A stretch of DNA of 64,000 nt from Giardia intestinalis (lineage: Eukaryota), in assembly GCA_000002435.2 (NCBI GenBank), contig CM018793.1. One strand, 5' to 3'. Made by a program: the position numbers and the translations under genes. Of the stretch, positions 40,201 through 48,800 are shown piece by piece. The notes under the pieces were generated by a model that worked only from the letters and a program-made list of their open reading frames with translations, made no database searches and was not told where the DNA came from. Positions within the stretch are counted from its first letter, which is position 1. Each line of letters begins with the position of its first letter.

Positions 40201-40896
40201 CAACACCTTCCTCGCTGGTCCAAGGAGGAGGGCCTTGAAACACTGATGTACGCAGAGTATCCTACCAGCTACGGTGCCCACCACTTCGTCACCTTTGGAT
40301 CAAAGCATGAGCTACTAGGTGAGGAGCTATCTAGGGACGAGCAGAAGAAGGTGGAGGGCACAAGCATTTACAGACTGTCTTCAGTCCTACGTGACCGTGC
40401 TGCAGAGGAGATGGTTGCTCACCTCAAGCCGTTGATGACTGCTGCAAGGGCGCTTCGGGGCCAGTATAACATCAAGCCATCGTCAACTCCTCGCTATTAC
40501 ATTGCATGTGACAAGAGTGACGAGCACTATAAGCACATCATGGACGGGTACTATGTGATTAAGACCCTGTGCAATATGAGGCAGCTGGACATCGTCTCCC
40601 CTAAGGTCAAGTTCTCTAACTGTGGGTGCACCGTGTTATCGGCAACGCTCCTTATTTACATGGACCTTCGCGGTCTTATTGATGTGGAGCAAGAGCTCTC
40701 AAAGGTCAGCAAGGAGATGGAGCAGATCCGCACGCAGATTGAGAAGCTGGACAAGCTAATGAAGGGGTCAAATTACGACCGAATGCCAGAGCACTTGAGG
40801 AAGCAAAATGACGAAAAGATGGCCGGCTTCTTGGCCAAGTTACTACAGCTGGAGGAGCTTGCAGCAAGCTACCAGGCTATGAAGGAGGTTGAGTAA
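37240..40896 (+). CDS. VARS: Valyl-tRNA synthetase (class I aaRS)
   Basis: The track ORF starts at 37234 with TTG. The ATG two codons later (MEGQGKSK...) is the likely start. The HIGH motif reads PPPNVTGSLHIGHALT and the KMSKS motif reads KMSKSKGNVVDP. CP1/editing and anticodon-binding regions are collinear with eukaryotic ValRS. A short Lys-rich N-terminal extension precedes the catalytic domain, and a C-terminal coiled-coil is present. Confidence 0.95.
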   Translation: MEGQGKSKAKAAKAAKGGSGKAIVQKAEGKALRTELKAFEYEYETPVGEKKNISGAWPKAYNPSVIEKSWYEWWEAAGFFSPDMQKNIRSKDSRCKFTLLIPPPNVTGSLHIGHALTNSIQDALVRWYRMMGYRTLYLPGLDHAGIATQSVVERNIMKTEGKTRHDLGRERFLERAWAWKEQFGGRILSQLRILGSSFDWSRSVFTLDPARSRVHNESFVKLFNRGLIYRDSRLVNWDCSLQTAVSDVEVEYIDLKLPRQLSVRNHDPGKSYPFGYLWRFSYKVIPSYLADKSEADLLTAFQSGELKFACQDCAKFYTSSILPLLDSDSIAEGSPSPYELLRLHQCADPGCLFTAEELVVATTRPETIIGDTAVAVHPRDHRYTDLHGRCLFHPILLGKKVPIVLDDVLVDMEYGTGCVKVTPAHDPNDFESGRRNKLEYLQIFTDDGRIVQMIESTHNGITYHLPARFAGVKRFDGRLEMLSYLKEAALYRGRTPNPMVIGTCQRSGDILEPMVKPQWYLNCEQMAQRALNAVYAPPSEAERLLIVPEMHKDTWKSYLANIRPWCISRQLWWGHRIPCYKFWFGDNPEPSGDKTEHWVAACSEEEARRIITKKHLDVQGQLHLKQDDDVTDTWFSSGLFPFSCFADSERDFSRYYPGSVLETGNDIIFFWVARMVMLSLELYNVLPFREVYLHALVRDAHGAKMSKSKGNVVDPIDVIKGITLQEMGDKVRATNLPPKEIERALELQSKDFPIGIPECGTDALRFALCAYTGQGRSINLDVNKIVAYRNFCNKIFNAVKFGCYFSGICDVLDVDTGATNACGRFWQSNIRHYEDFNDFIMRVYRTTLSARTFKTTAATVGELDPTAAYTTNDPNDIYTPCTQSEDHQSIVAARWILSRLYNTVRTVTKSFREFRIADACTAIYTFWYDDLCDVFLELVKPIIASMSAEPKRLDAHAEIMRMVYFCCIDQGLRLLHPFMPFLSEELFQHLPRWSKEEGLETLMYAEYPTSYGAHHFVTFGSKHELLGEELSRDEQKKVEGTSIYRLSSVLRDRAAEEMVAHLKPLMTAARALRGQYNIKPSSTPRYYIACDKSDEHYKHIMDGYYVIKTLCNMRQLDIVSPKVKFSNCGCTVLSATLLIYMDLRGLIDVEQELSKVSKEMEQIRTQIEKLDKLMKGSNYDRMPEHLRKQNDEKMAGFLAKLLQLEELAASYQAMKEVE

Positions 40897-40901
40897 CGTT
40901 G

Positions 40902-40908
40902 AGTAAAT
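40902..40908 (+). terminator. Putative poly(A) signal AGTAAAT 6 nt after the ValRS stop, 14 nt before the next ATG
   Basis: gagtaacgttgAGTAAATaccATG: an AGTRAAY match inside the 25-nt spacer separating ValRS from the phosphoesterase gene. Confidence 0.4.
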
Positions 40909-40921
40909 ACCATGGGTAAAA

Positions 40922-42181
40922 ATGAAGGCCCTCTTTTACATAGGTTTGTGCTGTGCAATGGCGTCTGGTGGCCTCAGTATCACTGTCTTAGCAGATATAC
41001 ACCTGGACGAGAGATACATAGAGACAGGCTCCCAAGAGGTTTTCTGCAGAGAAAATCAGGACAGACCAGAGGCAAAGTACTCTCTTCCAGGATGTGATTC
41101 ATCTGAAAGCCTTGTTGATGCAGCATTAGCCAGCCTTCAAAAGGAAGGGCCTTATAATGTGATGGTTGTCCTTGGAGACATCGGGCCCCACTCTTCGGAG
41201 TCTCCAGAGATGACCCAGCGAGCTATTAAAGCAATCGCTGATAAGCTTAGGCGCCTCTTCATAAACAAACCTCCCGAGCAGGAGATGATCATTCTTCCTG
41301 TGATAGGAAACAACGACGTCTTTCCTACCTACGCTGTACCTACAGAGGATGGGGACCCCCAGTTACTATTTGTGGCAGACCAGTTCAAAGACCTGATGAC
41401 CACTGAGGGGTACAGACAGTTTCAAAGACGGGGGTATTACAGTGTCCCTCTTTCTAAACATCGAGTAACTTTCCTTGTTATTAATGCTAATTACTACAGT
41501 GTACGTCATAGAGAGCTAGGCGAGGACCCGGCCGATCAGTTTAAGTGGGTAGAGAACCAGATGATAGAGGCAAAAGCCAAGGGGTACCGTGTAATCCTTA
41601 TCAGCCACATTCCATTTGGTGTCAATGTATATGACGAAAGCGAGGCCCTTCATTCACAATACACTGATCGTATTAGGTCCATTCTGCGAAGATATGCATC
41701 GACTGTTTTGGCTTGCTTGTATGGGCATTACCACAGTGCCTACCCACTGGTTCTATCAGCAGGGGAGGAGCCATTAGTCCCCATGTTTATCTGCCCATCA
41801 ATCGCACCTAGCAACTACAACAATCCTGGATATTATGTTTTCCACATATCACCGCTCCACGAGGTAGACTACGATCATTATGCGCTTAATATAGAAGCTG
41901 CCAATATGCAGCATAGAGAAATGCACAATAGTACAGAATTGGCGTCCTTTGATTGTCTGTATAGGTTTTCTCAGCGCTATCGGCCTTGGTTGGGACTAAG
42001 GGCTTTGCCAACAGCACAAAACATTGCACATTTATATGAACACATGCTCAATGACGACTTTGTTTGGTATCAGGTTCGCGCCGCCACTACATCTATGCTG
42101 TCAGAGCGGAGACTAGACTTTCTACAAATGGCAGTGGACAAAGCGTTCATGGACGCGTATAACCTTAGCAACTCCAACTGA
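40922..42181 (+). CDS. Acid sphingomyelinase-like phosphodiesterase (calcineurin-like metallophosphoesterase, SMPDL3-type)
   Basis: 419 aa. The signal peptide is MKALFYIGLCCAMASG. Metallophosphoesterase motifs are present in order: LADIHLD, VVLGDIGPH, GNNDVFP, ISHIPFG, GHYHSA. The length and spacing resemble the ASM-like 3a/3b family. Confidence 0.7.
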   Translation: MKALFYIGLCCAMASGGLSITVLADIHLDERYIETGSQEVFCRENQDRPEAKYSLPGCDSSESLVDAALASLQKEGPYNVMVVLGDIGPHSSESPEMTQRAIKAIADKLRRLFINKPPEQEMIILPVIGNNDVFPTYAVPTEDGDPQLLFVADQFKDLMTTEGYRQFQRRGYYSVPLSKHRVTFLVINANYYSVRHRELGEDPADQFKWVENQMIEAKAKGYRVILISHIPFGVNVYDESEALHSQYTDRIRSILRRYASTVLACLYGHYHSAYPLVLSAGEEPLVPMFICPSIAPSNYNNPGYYVFHISPLHEVDYDHYALNIEAANMQHREMHNSTELASFDCLYRFSQRYRPWLGLRALPTAQNIAHLYEHMLNDDFVWYQVRAATTSMLSERRLDFLQMAVDKAFMDAYNLSNSN

Positions 42182-42199
42182 AGACAATTGGAGACTGAA

Positions 42200-45100
42200 C
42201 TAAAATCCGAAGTATTCAGCCGCAACACGTTGTATTTCACAGACACTTGCATCTGAGCCTTTCAATGACATGATTGCATCCAGAGGTGAACTGCCATTTT
42301 CTAAACAGAGTGTATGCTCTAGTGGAAGCAAAATCCTAACAAATGCAGGCTTACGTAACTCGATCGCTAAAATAAGCGCTGTCTTACCGTGCTTATCCCG
42401 AACCCCGTGCTGTATTGGTAATAGGGCCCATGCACGGGCTAGATCACCACTTACCACAGCTTGCATGAGCTCGGTGGTTCTAGAACCTGTGTTTGTGATG
42501 TCTACGTTAGTCACATCTGGGCACTCATAAGGTGCCAAGATTTCGGCGATACGTATGTGTCCTTTCTCCAGTGCGTGAACAAGTGCGGTCTTTCCACTGC
42601 TGTCTACAAGACCGGCCTCTCCATGAATTAGATATTCCACTGCAAATAGCCTATTATAGATTGCTGCAAACATGAGTGCGCTTAGGCCGTCATCAGTAAC
42701 TAAACAGAGTAGACTAAGATGCATACCTATCGCACGGGCGTCCCCATCGACTACAGCTTGCATGAGTTTTGTGAGTCCAGTGCGCTCTGTGCACTGACTT
42801 TTTAGTTGCAGTGTTCTACTAGCAGTGCGACTCTTTGCTCTGGTTATTGTTTGGCGCAGTAACGATGCATTTCTTGTCGGAGAAGGCGCCCTAGTGCTTT
42901 TGCTCGACTCATCGGATTGCGGTAGTTGCTGTGCCAACGACGGCCTTCGGGGAGGTACAGAGGGAATAATTATTGGAAGGAGCGTGTCTGTTTCCTGTCC
43001 TAACCTTGTCTGAGAGCTCTCAGAGGGCCTTGCTGATGCCATTGTTATTACTGTAGGGGTTTTAGATCTAGTTGTTGCTTTTAGCTCATTGCGGAAAAAG
43101 GTGAGCTCTTGTGTAGCTGTCTGCAGCTGGGACTTGAGTGCAGTGACTTCTAGCTCCAAGACTTTTATAAGTTTAGCTGTCTCAGTCGTGATGTTACCTT
43201 TATTGATCTTTTTAGTATAATGGTCTGCAAAGAACATAATTGCGTTATCTCTTTCAGCGATTGTTTTGGTCATGGTGTCTATTTCCATTTGCATAGCTGC
43301 ATGTTCAAGTTCGAGCTTAGCCAGTGCTTCCACATAATACTTTTGGTCTTCATTGTTGTCCTCTGTGCTGTCAGAAACATTTAGTAAGTCTCCTATTATC
43401 ATATCTGGTGGTTTTTGAACATGTGAGAAGGCCTTTTTCTTGGAGCTAACTGTCTCTGCCGAGACAGATTTAAGAAGGGCCTCTAGCTCTCGCCGGAGGT
43501 CATTAATGACTTGGTCCTTTTGTGCGAGCATCTCTTCGTGCTGTTGTCTCGTTGCTTGCTCTTCTGTAGTCTTGGTAGAACAAGGGGACTGTACGAGCTG
43601 TGGATAGAGAGTATTGGGGGACACATATAATAATGCAACAAGCCTCTCAATACAAGAATCTTTTGCGTGGAGCAAGCCTGAGTAGTCAGCAGGTTTTAGT
43701 GGAGGTTTTAAAGGCTGGAGAGTGGCAAGAGATGAGGATCTGGTAGGAGGATGAAGAGTTACTGAGAGTGGAGGATTGGGCGGATTAGGAACGGGGATCC
43801 TCCCTGTCCCACTCATTGGATTGATTTTTGAGCAGCTGGAGCTCCTCTTCAAGCTCTTATTGAGATCGTTTGTTCCGCTCTCATTAAAAAGCGTCCGTGC
43901 AAGAAGCTCAGTTTGGGCAGTGTAGCCAGAAAACTCCGCTTTGAAGGCTGTCATTTGCTGCTTTATCTCTCTGATTACATCGCACGACCGTAAGGTCTGA
44001 TCGAACAAGTCTTCAAGCCGGATATCTCGTTCGGTCCTTCTATCAGAAATGAATCCCTGCTGCTGAATGTCGACAAGAACCTTTTTATGTATTACTATTT
44101 TATCTCTTAGGGTCTTAATTTCCTGTGTGACCTCGTCAATGAGCCCTATAAGTTCAACTTCTTTTAGAATTTTTGCATCCAGTTCTTTGCATAACTTGGC
44201 TTCTCGCTTGCTCTGAGATTGTGGCTTAATGTCAACTTCAAACAGAAGCTTCTGTAGCCGGTCAATCTCCAAATCCTTTGTTCGTAAAAGGGAGCCATAG
44301 CTACAATCTTCTAACATCTCGTGTGGCACCTTACTTTGGATGACTCTTTGAGTGGAAGCTTCAGGGAGTGCCATAGTACTAATCAGATCCGTCTCCACAC
44401 AAGCATCAACCCTTCTGCTCGCAGAGTCTGGAACCAGAGATACACAGAGATCAATAAGCCGGTCGATAAACTCGTTCTTTGAAGTGAGTAAACCATCAGA
44501 AATTACTTTAGAAAAGCAGGTGTGTTCTGAATAACAAGATGTGCAGGCATCGATCATGGCAAAGCTATCCGTCATTAGGGTAGAGCGCCGCAGAGTCAAA
44601 GCTTCTAATTGGCTTTGCAGATAGCGTATCTCAGTATCCTTGCGTTCAAGGAGGGGGAGAATTGCACTAGAAGAGTGTGTAAGTCCCCCTTTTCTACCAA
44701 TCTTGCTTCCACACATGCCAGATTTAGATCGTTGATTTGTTTTCAGTAGCTCATATGGAAATGAATCCTTAGATGCCAGTTGTGATTGGACCGAAAGAAA
44801 CCCTTCAGGAATTTCATCACGGCTCCTCTCCATAAGCAAGGGATTTATCTCTTGATGATCTGGTTGCCCTTGCAGTTCAGAAGGCTTTGCGCTTACGAAC
44901 TTTGAGTCATGTGCATGCTTTTGCTTTTGTTTCTTATCTGCTTTTAGTGCCTTAGTAAGCCCTTTATCTTTAGTAGCTTTCTTTCGCGTTGGAGTTTGCT
45001 CAGGTATTTGGCTAGCTAAATTTGCATCTGGGGTTGGGGCTTTATCAACCAACTTCGCAATAGCATTGATAGTCTCATCAAATTCTGGATCAGAAGCACT

Positions 45101-45825
45101 GTCCGGTACACTCCTTTGACGCTCTACCGTTATGGTACTATAATCCAGGTCATCCAAAGCCACCCTAGGACTTTGAACACCTTGAGCGGGCAACATTAAA
45201 GACTGCATGGTGAACTCTGTGGTTAGAGCAGGCCCATCTGTGTCCTTACCAGTTCCACAAGCTTGTGGATCAACATCTCCTGTGTCAAAGTATCGCACAA
45301 CGGCATGATGGCCCTCGGTTTCCGCAAGCGTACGACTATAGATGCGCTCTTGCTTCGACGGTTTATACTGAGTTACTATTTCAACGACACATCTTAAATT
45401 TCCTGTCATAGAAGCGTAGTCAAGTGCATTCAAGTCGTGGTCGTCCGTCACTAGAGAAAAGTAATGTCGCAGTGTGACAAGGGCGTCATAGCTACCCACC
45501 TGGGCTGCAATCATATAAGCATCACGTTTGTCCGGTAAAATTATGTCTGCTTCGAGGGGAGCTAAGAGGCTACACAAATCCGCTGAGTTATTCAGCGCAG
45601 CCATGATGAGAGCTGTACAACCCTCATTATTTACCATCCCCACTTCATAGTCTATTAGGAGCCGCACAATCTCAGCATTTTTCATTTGCACAGCATATTG
45701 TAAGCCCGTTTCACCAAAATCACCACAAACACCTGCACACTCAGGTAGGAGGCGCTCTACCTCGCTTATGTCACCGCTCTGAATGGCACGAAACCACGTT
45801 CTAACCTTATTATCCCTACTCATCA
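42200..45825 (-). CDS. Ankyrin-repeat / long coiled-coil protein (Protein 21.1 family)
   Basis: The track ORF starts at 45826 with TTG (protein MM...). The ATG is one codon later. It has N-terminal ankyrin repeats, an approximately 700-aa coiled-coil/low-complexity core, and a C-terminal ankyrin cassette (TALMFAAIYN..., KTALVHALEKGH..., KTALILAIELRK...). It is a tandem paralogue of the next gene. Confidence 0.8.
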
Positions 45826-45853
45826 AACAAATTTATCATAAACCGATTCACTT

Positions 45854-48800
45854 TTAGACGGATCTGCTAGACAGAAGAGAGCTGAGAATATAGTGGGATG
45901 GCAGGTCCTTGGAGACGTAGAATAGTGCATCGTTCCCTTGGTTGTCCCGGATCTCTTTCTCTACTAGAAGAAGTCGCGCACAGGCTACATGCCCAGCTTC
46001 ACATGCATACATAAGAGCTGTCCTTCCTTCGGAGTCCTGTAACTTAGCTTGTAACCCAAGAAGATTGAACACTATGTATACATCTCCGTGGGCAGCAGCA
46101 GTCATTAGTTCCGTTCTGCGGTTTCCCTCAGATGAATAGACAGAGATATCTAGACCTTCCCAATTCAAGAGAAGGGTTGCAACTTTCAGATGATCGAGTT
46201 GGAGCGCTATATCTATTGCGCGTTTGCCATCTGAACGTGTCTTTCCTGCTTCAAACTCTGCCAGGTACTTAACAGCGGCAGGCACATTGTACTCAGCTGC
46301 CAGCATAAGAGCAGTCGTCCCGTTCTCCAGAGAGTATCCAATTTGCTGTAAGTTTGCGCCGATTGCCCTCATGTTGCCGGTCATGATGGCCTCCATCAAG
46401 GCAGTCGGATTTTTCAGAGGCTCGTGTGCAGATTGCTCACTGCTTCTAAGGATTGCTGTCACAATTGGAGCAACAGATGGTTTAATTAGACCAATTGAAA
46501 GCTGATCAAGAGGAGACGATGCTGCCACAGGGAATGCATCGAAGGAGTTACTCGATGGGATCTTCTCGTCGCCTGAAGATGTCCTAAGAACTGAAGCTGA
46601 TCTATATTCAGAGAGGGGATGTGACCTGGGCAGAAATACAGATGCTGGCCGTTGAGAAGATGACGCCCGAGATGCACCTGTTGCATGAACCTCGGCCATC
46701 AGCTGAGTGACCTGCCCATCTGCCTGGGCCAGCTGTTCAGTCAGACTCAGAATCTTTCCCTCAAGAAGAGAAACAGTCGGGTCGCCACTCTCTGCTGTAG
46801 GGTGCTTCTTAATATAATGGTCTGCAATTGTTGAAATAACGTTATTTTGGATTGAAATAGATAGATTAAGAATGTCAACCTCATTTGATAGCGCTACGTT
46901 TTCAATGACCAAGGAGTCTATGTCCTCAGACGGATGAGGACGTTGATCTAGAGAGTTTTTAGCTGCATCGTTGTCTAGGCTGCGATCTGCCATCAGCATA
47001 AGTAAATTCTGAAGCCTACCTATCTCAGCATCTTTAGCTAGCAATATATTTGACGCGTAGTGGAGTACAACGGGCTTTCCTGAAAGAGGGGATGGTTCAT
47101 GGAGCTGCTCGGTGGGTAAAGACTCGAACGCATCAGCACTATCACTAGGTTCTGGAGTTGCGTGTCGCGAAATTACATGCGCATCTTTAGAAGAAGAAGA
47201 AGGAGGAGGAGGGTATCTAATTGAGCTCTTAGGACGATCCGTACGTTCAAGTGCTTCCTCTCTCTCCTCTAAAAGATCAGTCGCCTTGGCAAGGGCTTCC
47301 TTTGTCTGGGCCAGCTCGGCACGAAGGTCACGTTCTAGTTCATCATATATATCATAGCACACTGGATCCGGAAGACGCGAGACCATACCATCCTGTGTTT
47401 CAGCCTCAAGGGCCTTCTGCAGCGATACTACTTGCATGGCCAATGCCTCCTCACGAGCAACATACTCCTGAACTACATTATCCAACATGTCATAGATGCC
47501 AGAAATCTTCTCAACAGTGTACTCTGCAAGCCTTTTGGAGACCTCATGAGCTGCAACTTCGTATGAGAGGAAGCCAGGAGGGTCTTGGAGAGGTTCAACC
47601 AGAAGGTCTATGGACACAGATGCATCTACCACATGCGTGGATACAGGGGCTATAGCACTAATGGTATTGGCTGTTGACTCACGCTGCACGGTGTTAGTAT
47701 TAATATTTTCTAACAGAGTTATAAGCCTCTCAATCTCGTCGTCCTTTTTGGCTAATATTTGAGAGTATTCGCGGCTAGAGGCTTGAGCTAGTAGTAGCTG
47801 TGTTGCCTGTAGTTGTGCCTCACGTTGCTCGCCAACGGTTCTTAGTTTGTCATTCTCTGACGTAAGGACTCTAAGTCTGCCTTCTACTTCCGCGATAGAG
47901 TTATCACGAGTTTCCATTGTGCTCTCAATTGTTCTGAGCTTCTCTTGCGTTTCCCGAAGAATATCCATGTCGTCACCATATGTTTGTACTTCTTTAAGTA
48001 GAGCACTGTTATCTGCTGTTAAACGTCTGATTTCGGCCTTGAGCTTATCTATTTCCAATTCTTGTTCGTTGGCAGCGAGCGTCAGTAGCCTGACCTTCTC
48101 TTTCTGGGCGGTAAGTTCATTGGTGGCGTCGGAAGCTGGCAAAGCGAGAGACAGTTGCTCCTCTCTTAGGGATCTAAGACGGAGAATCTCCTCATCCCTT
48201 TCTTGAATGGCAAGTTTCAAAGCGTCGATTTCTGCCTGTTCCGTGTTGATCAGATTGCCTTGATGAAATTGAGAGTTTTGAAGAGATGTGGACCGACACC
48301 TGCCAAACGCAGCTCGGCTTTTGGCTAAGCTGGTCGTGGAATGAACCATACTCGACGGGGTAGTTGCCCTGGACACACTTTTCTTGCTAGACCTAGTGCT
48401 TCGACTATCGGTAAGTTTAATGACTTCACTTTCTCCATCGAGATTGGGGCTGCCATTGAGAACTGCTGGTTGTTCTTGTGCTATGTTAACTGAGTATGCG
48501 CTGATAATATACTTCAAACGATCTATTTCTTCATTTTTCTCCAGTAGTTCTGCTTGCAATGATGTGATAGTAGCGTCCTTAGTTTGAAGCATATCCAAGG
48601 ACGCTTGCTGTGGAAGAGAAACTCCACCAGCACCAATCTGGACCCCTAAAATTGCGTTCAGTCTAGCTGTGGAGCTCTGCCCATCATCTGCATATGCACT
48701 GTCATGAGCATCTAGTACAACTGAGGCTGGCGGTGTAGCGATTCTGGCAACAACATCGCATAGTACTGGAGAGTCTTCTTTCATATCATTGAACACAAAA

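Noticed and set aside
40912-41097. 61-aa ORF starting MGKNEG just upstream of the phosphoesterase ATG
   Set aside because: It is in a different frame, overlaps the 419-aa metallophosphoesterase ORF (which has a proper signal peptide), and has no features.
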